Source: Squalus acanthias
Lineage: Eukaryota
Reading direction: 5' to 3'
Assembly (NCBI GenBank): GCA_030390025.1
Contig: JASTWF010000035.1
Span: 620,001 to 684,000, forward strand
Length of the DNA stretch: 64,000 nucleotides
Shown here: positions 21,654 to 32,024 of the stretch, piece by piece
Numbering within the stretch: position 1 is the first letter of the stretch
How the letters are laid out: every line of letters begins with the position of its first letter
The notes under the pieces: generated by a model
Database searches by the model: none
Told to the model about the DNA's origin: nothing
What the model saw: only the letters and a program-made list of their open reading frames with translations
Made by a program: the position numbers and the translations under genes

Positions 21654-24164
21654 TTACACGGTGCTTTCATCGTGCACGCGCACGAAACGTTCTCGCCACT
21701 CTCCCGTGTTTTCATGCTTGGTGAGGCGTTTGTCTCTTTTACAATGTACGACCAATAGGTACACTACAATAAACACTTGACATACGACTAAAATGTGGGA
21801 GGCTATTCTGATCCATGAAGGCACTTCAATATTGGTGAACAGATTCCACCACGGTGGAATTACTATATCCAGAATGTCTGTTCCTATTTCGACAGTTTTC
21901 TGTTCTAATGTGTAAAAATGTTTCTGTGATACCGCGACGGCTTTTAAAAGCTTGGTGAGGTGTTCAGGGAGAGGGGGAATGAGGTATCCGAAATGCGCGA
22001 CGAATCGCTGCAAGTCGGTGAAATTCTCTTTTACTGTGAGATGAACAGTGGATGGTTCAGGGATTGGGATGATTCGCTGTTGTGCTACTTGAACTTCCGC
22101 CCTGGGTTTAAAACAGAAACTGCTGTCACTCACCGGACACCGGCTACGGTTTCCATGCTGGTAGTGTTGCGCTGCAGTGGTAACACAATATGTTCCACCC
22201 CCGAGGTATGCTACCTGCGGAGGCACATGATCTTGTGCCATTGCCTCCATGGTGCAATTCATGGACTTGGCGCCAGTCGTTCTGAACCCACACTGTGGTG
22301 TTAAAAAGGCATTCAAGTGCTGGGGGCACAGTATTATGTGTGCTCCCCTGCCACGACAACCAGAGAGATCTGTACCTGTCATCGTTTGCTCCCAGCGGAT
22401 GACGTAAGGTGGAACCGCTGCATAACGAATGTGGGCTCCCCCCTGAATGACACCAATGTTCTCTACCCGATACACCGGGGCGGGCTTTGCTGTGTCGCCC
22501 AAAACCGGCATGCGTAATACTATTCCCATAATAGTATGGTTTGATCGTCCGCAGTCCACGGGGACTGGGTAAGCTTCTGAAGCTAGCCTGAGCTGACACG
22601 GACTTAATGCGTTCTGAAAAGGGTGGAGCGCCCGCAGGTGTTTGTTACTTATCCAGGACGGGACCAAACCTTGTTTTAAATCCTCCAAATTACTGCGGCC
22701 CTCGCCCAGTAACCACGCCCCGTAAAGCACGCACACCTCGTTCTGCGCAGCTTGATCGGATGCATTCCGATCTTCCCTAATCAGGGCATTTACCGTCTTT
22801 GCATGTTTCTCCAACTCTGCTATAATTTCCTTTAAATGGAGAGTCATGGCTTGGTCCTCGTGTAGACCCGACCCTACCACTTTATTCTCATCTGTTAGAA
22901 TGTCTTTTAATTGTGTCTTTAAACCATTAATCTGGGTCTGCAGCTCCACACTGTCTAGAGCGTTGACCACAGATGTACCCGTGTTAAAAGCAGTGAACGC
23001 ATCGTTCACCAAACCCCTTCTTTGCCTCCCTACTGGATCCAAAACTTCCTGTGGTGCGGTGTACAAACTTGTTTTATCAATTTCCGCGAAATCGAATTCG
23101 TAAAATTGTCTGAACATCTTGGTCAACAGGACCTGATACAACTGTTCCGTCTTTTTGGGGCACCACTCTGGTAACCGCACCTCGGTGAGATTTAAAATCA
23201 CCGAGGCCACCGCGTAATGTACCCCCTGAAATAGTATCTGGTCTGTGGGGACCAGTACCAAACCATTCCCGGGTCCCTTACTAGTTTTAGGGCACCCTTC
23301 TTCCTCAGCTAGAACCACCGGAATCGTGGGCGGGGCTTTGCGTGGGCGCGTAATGAGCTCAGTGGCATTTACTGGGATCGGGGAGAATGGGGCTCCGCAC
23401 CCCCTGGTGCTCGCATCCCACCTCATCCCCTGTCCGTTATCCTGCCATTGATTAATGAAAAATATGGAGATGCCTTTGGGGCAAACGTACTTTGACCCCC
23501 ACATACATACATAAATTCCCTCGTCCGGTTCCCACCATTTGTCCCAACAGACTTTCACTTGTCCGTTTGTCCCCGTAATTGTCCGATGGGTATTATTACC
23601 CAGTCGTTCCCACTCGACCGAAGAGTTCCTCATAGTTTTGCTCAGCTTTCGCAGCCACCACCATCGGCTCAATGGGACATTCCCACTACAAGTCAAACAA
23701 ATCCGTTTGCCGACGGTGACGCTGATCCTGGGTGCGGTGATCCTTACTTTGGGGCACATTAAAGAAGTCTCTTTGTAGGCAAACCCCGATGTGCTAGAAT
23801 ACTCCGTTGAGTTCGTTCCCAGCCATCCTGGCCACCTTCCCTTGTGGAAATAGGTGCTGGTCTCCTCTGCCTCCCGTCTTCCGGTCCCATCCACCGCGAT
23901 GGGGGCCGTGTCCCCGGAACATCCAAACACCACGACATCCTTGGTGCGGCCTCGATAGGCCAATCCACATCCGATTGCCGCGAGCAATACTAGAATTCGT
24001 TCCATCCTTCCTTGGTTCCTGTGATCAGATAGAATGAGGTAGCCAGCCTCGCAAGAGTCTCTGGCTTCTGTGAAGGGTGAGCGGGTCCCCTGACCTCGCC
24101 TCACGTAAACTTCAACGTTCGCTGAATAAATTTTAACTAAACCTATCTCTAAAGCTCCCATCAT
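21654..24164 (-). CDS. env: Envelope glycoprotein, 836 aa, intact (class I fusion protein, paramyxovirus-F-like TM subunit)
   Basis: Hydrophobic signal (MERILVLLAAIGCGLA), N-glycosylation sequons, furin site RQRR (23016-23027), fusion-peptide-like GLVNDAFTAFNTGTSVVNAL, heptad repeat, Cys-rich region, TM helix (IASHILVVCQVFIVVYLLVV), short basic tail. Confidence 0.92.
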   Translation of the reverse strand: MMGALEIGLVKIYSANVEVYVRRGQGTRSPFTEARDSCEAGYLILSDHRNQGRMERILVLLAAIGCGLAYRGRTKDVVVFGCSGDTAPIAVDGTGRREAEETSTYFHKGRWPGWLGTNSTEYSSTSGFAYKETSLMCPKVRITAPRISVTVGKRICLTCSGNVPLSRWWWLRKLSKTMRNSSVEWERLGNNTHRTITGTNGQVKVCWDKWWEPDEGIYVCMWGSKYVCPKGISIFFINQWQDNGQGMRWDASTRGCGAPFSPIPVNATELITRPRKAPPTIPVVLAEEEGCPKTSKGPGNGLVLVPTDQILFQGVHYAVASVILNLTEVRLPEWCPKKTEQLYQVLLTKMFRQFYEFDFAEIDKTSLYTAPQEVLDPVGRQRRGLVNDAFTAFNTGTSVVNALDSVELQTQINGLKTQLKDILTDENKVVGSGLHEDQAMTLHLKEIIAELEKHAKTVNALIREDRNASDQAAQNEVCVLYGAWLLGEGRSNLEDLKQGLVPSWISNKHLRALHPFQNALSPCQLRLASEAYPVPVDCGRSNHTIMGIVLRMPVLGDTAKPAPVYRVENIGVIQGGAHIRYAAVPPYVIRWEQTMTGTDLSGCRGRGAHIILCPQHLNAFLTPQCGFRTTGAKSMNCTMEAMAQDHVPPQVAYLGGGTYCVTTAAQHYQHGNRSRCPVSDSSFCFKPRAEVQVAQQRIIPIPEPSTVHLTVKENFTDLQRFVAHFGYLIPPLPEHLTKLLKAVAVSQKHFYTLEQKTVEIGTDILDIVIPPWWNLFTNIEVPSWIRIASHILVVCQVFIVVYLLVVHCKRDKRLTKHENTGEWRERFVRVHDESTV

Positions 24165-24294
24165 TTTACCGTTTTCTGTTAGAATTAGACTACAAACTTA
24201 ACCTGATTTAAAACTATAAACTTAACCTTGAACTATGAACTTAAAACTTAAAACTTATTACTATACAGTGCCGCCCGTTCTCAGGGCGGCCCCT

Positions 24295-25440
24295 TTAAAT
24301 TCTGAGAAGGCTGCTGCGAGCTCTTCCCGACGGTGGGAGGGCACTGACCCTTCCCTTTGATCTGCCGCAGCCTGTTGTTGCACTGATTCCTTCTTCTGAT
24401 CTGCCGCAGCCTGTTGCTGCTGCGATGGGGCCAGGCTGTATCTGGGTTGCCTTAACCTTAAGTCTACGCCTTGGGGCAGTCTGGGGACATGACCACATCC
24501 TCCTGGGCTGGGGTTCTCTACTTGACCTACGGGGAGTTGCCATGGGCGGGGGTTCCGTGACTGACGGACCGGGTTCCGAGACTTCCATCGGGACGACCTG
24601 GGGTTCCACCACAGTCGCTGGCTCCGCCTCCGCTGACTCCGCCTCCCTAACCTCGGGGCTCGCAGTTTGTGGCTCCGCCCTGCTCGGCCCAGCAGGCGGC
24701 CCTTCACTCGTGATCTCCGCCTCCCCCGAGGACGGGACGTTCAAAGCGGGCGGCTCTGTCTCTGGGGTCCTCACCGTCACTCCCTGTGCTCCCACAGCGG
24801 CTGGCCCCGCCTCCCCTAGCTCCTCCCTCCTGTCCTCGGGACCTGCAGCTTGTGTGTCCACCCTGTGTAGATCTCTATCTGCAGCCCGTATTCTCCCTAT
24901 ATCTAAAACGGGACCGTTCGTCCAAAACCACTCGTCTTCATCACTATCCTCATCTGACTCGAGTTCCCGGAATTCTCCCTCATCTGACTCCCAAACCCAG
25001 AAAAATGCTTCATGATCTTCCAGGATGTCCCCTCCCCTGATGCAAGCTGCTATGCCTGCCTGTGTGCCTTGTGGTCCTACCTGGGGCTGTGCTTCCCCAC
25101 TGGCGGGGTTTACCCCTGTGGTTTTCCCTTGCGCACCTGGCTTGTACAGTTTGCACTGGTTTACATCCTCATACTCCCGGCTTTTGGCTACCCTGTAGGC
25201 TGCTTTTATCTCACTAAGCTGCGCTTCTAGCCTGAGCACGTCTAACTTTCCCATTGATCGGGCGTTCCCCTCCCGCAGGGCCTGCTCTCTAAGCTGCCCT
25301 TCCAGCCCATCTATTTTCCCTATTCAGCGGGCGTTCTCCACCCGCAAGGCCTGCTCTTTTAACCTGGCCTCCTCACCGCAGACCCCCTCCTGTGCGTGTC
25401 TTTTAAAAGGACACAGGTAGGCAGGCTGCGTGGGCTCTAG
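24295..25440 (-). pseudogene. pol: pol remnant of copy C: first 11 codons, ~240-bp foreign insert, then pol C-terminal tail
   Basis: LEPTQPAYLCP matches the pol start and NQCKLY...SLLRI matches the pol tail. PR, RT, RNase H and IN core are absent. Confidence 0.88.
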
Positions 25441-26462
25441 TCATTGGGTATGGTTAGACGGTCCTGCGGCACCTACGGGGCCGGTAGCAACCGCCACCTT
25501 TCCATGTGCACTCAATAAATTGCGCATGGCTCCTAACACTACTTCGAGGTCGTCGGGAGGGGTGGGTGCATTAGCTTCCCTAGCCGGGACAGGCGCCTGG
25601 GCTCGGACCGCGGGATTTTTATCCTTGGAATCTTTCCAAGGGTTCCTGCAATGCTTGCGCCAGTGCCCTGTCTTCCCACACCCGTAACAAGCATTACTTG
25701 CCTGTGGGGCGCGATTACCCTCCTGATGCCACTCTCTTTGATACGGGGCTGCGGGTCGTACCTCATGTACTTTTCCCTTAAGGGGACGTGTTGCCATACC
25801 CCTTATATTGCGATATCCTAACGTGAGTCGATTCAAGACCGACTCTTCCGTAATGTTGGGGTCATTGGGATCAAACCATGCTTTTGCCTGCTCTCTGACG
25901 GCTGGTAAACTGTTGGCTATTATGCACCTAAGCCAATGAGCTAAACCGGCGCCTTCCACATCTTCGCGCTCGGCCGCACCTAGACAGCTGCGCTCATACA
26001 CTGGCCACAGCCTGTCGGCAAAAACCTTCGGGGGTTCTCCCTCCATCTGCACTGTCTGTCCCACTCTAGCAAACGGACCTTCATCGTTCGCCCCCAACAC
26101 TTCCAGGACCTCATTCTTTAATTCCTCATAAGTCTTGGTTCCCCTCTTGCTCTCGCCTGAGAGACACTGAAGGACCGAGCTGTCTAATGAGAACAGCAGC
26201 ATTTTTGCTGTTTCCCCATCATCGCAGCCGTTAATGGCTGCGGCTTGCTCAACTTCTCTGAAATGTACGGAAGGGTCGTCTGACTCGGTCAGCTTCCGTA
26301 CGTGATTTATCATAGCTCTCAGCTGGTGTGAGCTGTGAGGCAACACAAGCTGTCCGAGGAGATCATAGATACATAGATACATAGAAGATAGGAGCAGGAG
26401 TAGGCCATCCGGCCCTTCGAGCCTGCTCCGCCATTTAATGAGATCATGGCTGATCCTCCAAT

Positions 26463-29330
26463 TCAGTATCCCGTCCCCGCCTTCTCTCCGTAACCCTTAA
26501 CCCCTTTTGCCTGTAGAAATATATCTAATTCCCTCTTAAATATATTTAATGAGCTGGCGTACACTGCCCTCTGTGGCAATGAGTTCCACAGGTTCACCAC
26601 CCTCTGAGTGAAGAAATTCCCCCTCATTTCTGTCCTAAATGGTTTAGCCCTTATCCTTAAATTATGTCCTCTAGTTCTGTTCTCACCCGCCAAGGGAAAC
26701 ATTCCTTCTGCATCTAGTCTGTCTAGACCTGTCAGAATTTTATACACTTCTATGAGGTCCCCTCTCAATCTTCTAAACTCCAGTGTGTACATCCCTAAAC
26801 TACATAGTCTCTCCTCATAGGTCAATCCCGCCATTCCTGGTATCAGCCTGGTGAATCGCCGCTGCACCCCCTCCATGGCAAGAACATCTTTCCTCAGATG
26901 AGGCGACCAAAACTGTACACAGTACTCGAGGTGTGGTCTCACCAGTGCCCTGTACAGCTGCAGCAAGGTATCCCTGTTCCTGTATTCCAACCCTTTTGCT
27001 ATGAAGGCCAGCATACCGTTTGACTTCTTGATCGCCTGTTGCACCTGCATGCTCGCCTTCAGTGACTGGTGTACAAGAACACCCAGGTCTCTCTGTACTT
27101 CACCCTCTCCCAATTTATTGCCATTTAAATAATAATTTGCCCTCCCGTTCCTGCACCCAAGGTGGATAACTTCGCACTTGTCCACATTATAGTGCATCTG
27201 CCATTTATCCGCCCAATCACCCAGTCTGTCCAAATCGCTCTGGAGCTTCCTGGTCTCCTCCTCTGAGCCCACCCCCCCTCCTAGTTTAGTGTCGTCTGCA
27301 AATTTGGAAATGCTGCATCCGACTCCCTGATCCAGGTCATTAATGTAAATTGTGAACAGCTGGGGACCCAGGACAGATCCCTGTGGTACCCCACTTGTTA
27401 CTGCCTGCCATTCAGAAAATGAGCCGTTTATTCCAACTCTCTGTTTTCTATCTGACAGCCAGTTCTCTATCCACGTCAATACTTTCCCCTTTATCCCATG
27501 AGCTTCAATTTTCCCTGCTAATCTTTTATGTGGGACCTTATCGAAGGCCTTTTGGAAGTCCAGGTACACCACATCTACTGGCTCTCCCCCATCTATTTTA
27601 CCAGTTGCTCCCTCAAAAAATTCTAATAGATTAGTCAAGCACGATTTACCCTTTGTAAATCCATGTTGACTCTGTCCTATCCTGTCCCCATTTGCTAAGT
27701 GCTCCGCTATTTCATCCTTAATGACGGACTCCAGCATTTTGCCCACAACTGATGTAAGGCTTACAGGTCTGTAATTACCTGCTTTTTCCCTACCCCCCTT
27801 TTTGAATAGTGGGGTAACGTTAGCTACCCTCCAATCCATGGGCACTGTTCCCGAGTCTAATGAATTCTGAAAAATCATACTTAGTGCATCCGCTATCTCT
27901 AGGGCCACCTCCTTCAGCACCCTAGGATGCATGTTATCAGGCCCTGGGGATTTGTCCGCCTTCAATCCCTTTAGCTTCCTTAACACCATATCCTTAGAGA
28001 TATTGACTTGCGTCAGTTCCTCCTTTGCAAATGTCCCTATTTTTCCCGATATCCCAGGGAGGTTTTTTGTGTCTTCCTTCGTAAAGACTGACCCAAAGTA
28101 TGCATTTAGTTGGTCTGCCATTTCTTTATTTCCCGTTATATATTCCCCCGTATCTGACTGCAATGGTCCAACTTTGGTTTTCACCAGTCTTTTCCTCTTG
28201 ATATACTTATAAAAGCTTTTGGAGTTAGTTTTTATATTTTCCGCCAGCTTGCTTTCGTAAGCTATTTTGCCCCTCTTGATTAAGCCCTTTGTCCTCCTTT
28301 GCTCTATCTTAAACTGTTCCCAATCTTCCGCTCTGGCGCTTTTTTTGGCTATTTTATACGCCCTATCTTTGGATTTTATGCTGTCTCTAATTTCCCCTGT
28401 TATCCACGGTTGAGTCACCTTTTTAGATTTCCTTTTATGCCAGATTGGTATAAACAATTTTTGCAATTTTGTCATTCTATCTTTAAATGCTTGCCATTGT
28501 TTATCTACCTCCAGCCCTCCTAGGAACGTTGTCCAATCAGACCTACTCAGTTCCCGTCTAATGGCATCATAATTCCCCTTGTTTAAATTCAGGACCTTAG
28601 TATCTGAGTCAATTTCTTCGCTCTCCATTTCGAGTGAGAAATCGATCATGTTATGATCGCTCTGACCCAAGGGTCCCCGTACAACAAGATTACTAATTAG
28701 TCCCTTCTCATTGCACAGTACCCAGTCCAATATAGCCTGTTCCCGAGTTGGTTCCTCGACATATTGATCCAGATAACCATCCCTTAAACACTCAAGGAAT
28801 TCCTCCTCCTCATTATTTTTACTGATTAGGCTAGTCCAATCTATATGTAAGTTAAAGTCACCTATGATGACAGCTGTGCTCTTATTGCACGCTTCTCTAA
28901 TTTCCCTCGTGATGCCCTCCCCAACCTCTATTTTACTATTTGGAGGCCTATATACCACTCCTATTAATGTTTTTCGCCCCTCGCTATTTCTTAGCTCCAC
29001 CCATATAGATTCTGTATTAACTGAGTTAATATCCTTCCTTTCAATTGCATTTATCCCTTCTTTTACCAGCAATGCTACCCCTCCTCCCTTTCTTTTTTGT
29101 CGATCCATCCTAAATACTGAATACCCCTGTATGTTAAGCTCCCAGCCCTGCTCACCCTGCAACCATGTTTCCGTAATCCCAATTAGATCATAATTATTAA
29201 CCTCTATTTCCACAGCTAATTCATCTACCTTGTTCCTGATGCTTCTCGCATTAAGGTATAAAACCCTCAGGCTTTTTTTATGCTCACTTTTTTTATGAAT
29301 TGGTTTGGCCCTTTGTTTTTTGTTCCTCAC
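26463..29330 (-). CDS. CR1 ORF2 (endonuclease + reverse transcriptase), ~955 aa
   Basis: LNARS, ITETW, GDFN, SDH endonuclease motifs; YRPVSLTS, LDFQKAFDKV, GVPQGSVLGP, FADD RT motifs; no stops. Start is uncertain (GTG). Confidence 0.93.
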   Translation of the reverse strand: MRNKKQRAKPIHKKSEHKKSLRVLYLNARSIRNKVDELAVEIEVNNYDLIGITETWLQGEQGWELNIQGYSVFRMDRQKRKGGGVALLVKEGINAIERKDINSVNTESIWVELRNSEGRKTLIGVVYRPPNSKIEVGEGITREIREACNKSTAVIIGDFNLHIDWTSLISKNNEEEEFLECLRDGYLDQYVEEPTREQAILDWVLCNEKGLISNLVVRGPLGQSDHNMIDFSLEMESEEIDSDTKVLNLNKGNYDAIRRELSRSDWTTFLGGLEVDKQWQAFKDRMTKLQKLFIPIWHKRKSKKVTQPWITGEIRDSIKSKDRAYKIAKKSARAEDWEQFKIEQRRTKGLIKRGKIAYESKLAENIKTNSKSFYKYIKRKRLVKTKVGPLQSDTGEYITGNKEMADQLNAYFGSVFTKEDTKNLPGISGKIGTFAKEELTQVNISKDMVLRKLKGLKADKSPGPDNMHPRVLKEVALEIADALSMIFQNSLDSGTVPMDWRVANVTPLFKKGGREKAGNYRPVSLTSVVGKMLESVIKDEIAEHLANGDRIGQSQHGFTKGKSCLTNLLEFFEGATGKIDGGEPVDVVYLDFQKAFDKVPHKRLAGKIEAHGIKGKVLTWIENWLSDRKQRVGINGSFSEWQAVTSGVPQGSVLGPQLFTIYINDLDQGVGCSISKFADDTKLGGGVGSEEETRKLQSDLDRLGDWADKWQMHYNVDKCEVIHLGCRNGRANYYLNGNKLGEGEVQRDLGVLVHQSLKASMQVQQAIKKSNGMLAFIAKGLEYRNRDTLLQLYRALVRPHLEYCVQFWSPHLRKDVLAMEGVQRRFTRLIPGMAGLTYEERLCSLGMYTLEFRRLRGDLIEVYKILTGLDRLDAEGMFPLAGENRTRGHNLRIRAKPFRTEMRGNFFTQRVVNLWNSLPQRAVYASSLNIFKRELDIFLQAKGVKGYGEKAGTGY

Positions 29331-29404
29331 CCTTTTACCATTTATTTCTGTCTGCCTTTCACTTTCCTCTATTTCACTACATAGGTTTCTAGCCCCCTGC
29401 CATA

Positions 29405-29491
29405 CTAGTTTAAATGCTCCCGAACTGCTTTATCAAAGATTACCCCGAGAACATCAGTTCCATCTTTGCACAGGTGTAGACCGTCCCTTTT
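29405..29491 (-). pseudogene. C-terminal fragment of CR1 ORF1 (SGNH esterase-like)
   Basis: Translates as KRDGLHLCKDGTDVLGVIFDKAVREHLN*, with a DGLH motif. Confidence 0.75.
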
Positions 29492-30375
29492 GTTCTTCCC
29501 CACCGTTTCTGTTTGGGCCCCTTTTAATACCCGTAACTGGATACAACGGTCCCTTTCCCACTTCTTTCTCAATGGGCTCTTTCGTTTCTTCCATTGCTTC
29601 CTCCCTAACCCAGGTTTCCGAATAGCTGGGTGGCGCGGAGGGCGCAGTGGCTACTACTTCCTCTGCTTTACTTGGTGGGGATTTCTTAAACTTCCCACTT
29701 ACTAGCGGCTGGTGTGCTGACGGACTGATAAGGCACACCATGCCGTGCGCTTTGTTTACGGCCTTTTTGAGGTGCTCTATCTCTTTTTGGCAGGCGCTAT
29801 GATCGGCTCCCTGAAACTTATCCTCAAGGGCCAACTTATATGCCGCCCTAACCCCCGTTAAGCTCTCTTCCTGAGTTCTTATCTGGGCAGCTTGGCGGGC
29901 ACATCTTTCCTTTAACCTGCTCTCATTTAACTTTGCCTCAGTGACCTGGCACTCGAGATAATCTATCCTTGTTTTATGGTGACTGGAGATTTCCTGGCGT
30001 TCTTGGTGCAACGCACTTAAATTCCTAATGAGCATTTCCCCTCCAGAAACCTTCTCATCCATTTCTCCCTCTAAATGACTGATTCGAGCTGTTAGCGCTG
30101 TAATGCTCTGGTTTGAAATCTGAACCTGCCTTTTGTAACACATAAGCCAGACTGCTTTCTCGAGTGTCTTTTTATGTTCTTTACTATCTGTCCACCTTTC
30201 GGCTGCCTCTAGCGGGCTTTTATCCGCTAACAATCCACTTATCCATTTCTTAGTTAGATTAACCTTTCCGAACACATAATCTGCTATCTTTTCCTGCATA
30301 ACATTTCGTACAGTCATTCCAAAGTCTAACACACTACCCTCTCGCTGCCAGTGTCCTGCCGCGGTCGCCATTTTC

Positions 30376-32024
30376 TGTAAGGGATTCTGGCCCTGCGTGT
30401 CTCGCAGCCTGTGAGATTCATGCGGCTCTGTGCAGCCTGTATGTCAGTGCGGGTTTAGGCCTTGTTGCCTGTTCTGGTCTCCAGCCAGTCTGGGAGCACT
30501 AGACACACCTGTGAGTGGTTCGAATCACTCGCCCTTACGGTTCTAGACACTGGACTTAGATGCGAGAGCAGTAATGGAGATGAAACTCATGTAGACTCGG
30601 TTGAATGGTACGAAATGGAAAATCTTTATTGCATGATATTTAAGATTACGAAATACATGTCATAAGCACAGATTAATGACAGTACAATCTTACAAGCAGT
30701 TATATAGCTGATCCTAGGGAAACGAGGAACGAACGACACACCGTAAATAGGGGCACACATTACAAGTATCCTTAATACTTAAACCCTCCCCTATCAATAT
30801 CTGTCCTAACTAGATTCGTAGGATTTCGAGACTCATGCTCACCACTCGTGATAACTCGGAGAAATTCCGAATAGCTGATCGGATGTTTTTCACCGCAGCA
30901 CCCACGTGTCGGTCAGGAGATCTCCTGGTCCCACTTGTTTACTTGCTTCTGCTCCGGCTAGCAGGCTGGACCGTCTGCTGTGATGAAGATCTGTGTTGGT
31001 TGGTTTAACAGGTACTTTTCCGAGCAGGTTTCACAGCTCAGTCAATATCATCGATGATGAACCGTTCTTGCAAGTTCAAAGAAGTCTCCCTGGCAAGGAA
31101 AACTTGGCTATTCGACCTACAGGCGCGGTCGGGATTTACTGACCGTGGCGATGAGTATGGTCTTCCTCTCTTCTCATCTCATCTCATCTCATCTCATCTC
31201 ATCTCAGGCCTTTGGTTCCGCTGCCAGTTACCAACATAGGTCTTCGTTACGCGACACGAGGTAGATCCGAACGGATCAGAAAGTTCAACAGTCTTTTTCA
31301 AAGAGGCACCAGGCAAGCAGGAACCAGACTACGAGTCAAAATACAGGAGCAGCCACGAGGTTACGAGTCGATCGGATAAGAGAATAAGAGAAAGATGGAC
31401 GGTTGGAGCTTGTAATTATAGTACAAAATCTTCCGTTTCCCGCCCAACCTTAATGTCCTTTCTTTTGTTTGGGTCTGGCGCTCAAATGTCTTGTATGGGT
31501 GATCTCCGTTCTTAATGGGTTTCGGGGCTACTCGTAAATGTCTGAGTACCTGTTAATATTTCTCCCATTGTTAAATCGGTCGGTGTTCTTCCCTGGAGGG
31601 GTTTTGGGACTTCCAAGTGTTTTGTATAACTACCTGCTAACGGCTCTCTCATCGTAGAGTCGTTGGGATTTTACATATTAATGTCTTTTGGATGGGCCCC
31701 TGATTACTCGGTACAATAGCTTTCATTCGTACCTGGGAGACCGATTTCAGTATTTATGTGTATACTGTAAACCCATAATGTCTCGTGTATTATCTTCACT
31801 GTGCTGAATCTTAATCGATCTTGCACAAATGTTTATTGGAACGCCATCTTGTCTGCCTGTCGAAAAGTCTAGAATGTTCTGTCACGAGGTGCGGCGGCCA
31901 TTTTACAGGCTGCTTGTGTCCACTTTGAAAAACCTTGCAGCATTCTGCTGAAATAAAAGCTGTTTGAATGAGACTCTGTGTTTTCTCCTTATTAATAAAA
32001 TTGCGATATATTGCGAATTCTACA
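30376..32024 (-). repeat. 5' LTR of ERV copy C
   Basis: TGTA...TACA, PBS/gag ATG on the inner side, TSD CCCT on the outer side. Confidence 0.95.

Larger units (their letters stand above)
26365..29491 (-). mobile_element. CR1 LINE, 5'-truncated within ORF1, ORF2 intact
   Basis: APE-endonuclease/RT ORF, CR1-type 3' UTR ending in (TATGTATC)n, ORF1 3' end present. About 5 bp of gag deleted at the target and no TSD seen. Confidence 0.95.
25441..30371 (-). pseudogene. gag: gag of copy C, split by a CR1 insertion (halves 29492-30371 and 25441-26364)
   Basis: N-half ends at ...NGGEE and C-half resumes at DLLGQL. Both halves are open. Confidence 0.93.
19562..32024 (-). mobile_element. Endogenous retrovirus copy C: two-LTR provirus, pol-deleted, env intact, gag split by CR1; 4-bp TSD CCCT
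   Basis: LTRs 19562-21199 and 30376-32024. CCCT at 19558-19561 and 32025-32028; removing the element and one CCCT restores a satellite monomer. Confidence 0.95.

Noticed and set aside
25441..30371. ORFs 29454-30371 and 25441-26382 as separate genes
   Set aside because: They are two halves of gag with a few CR1-derived codons at the junctions.
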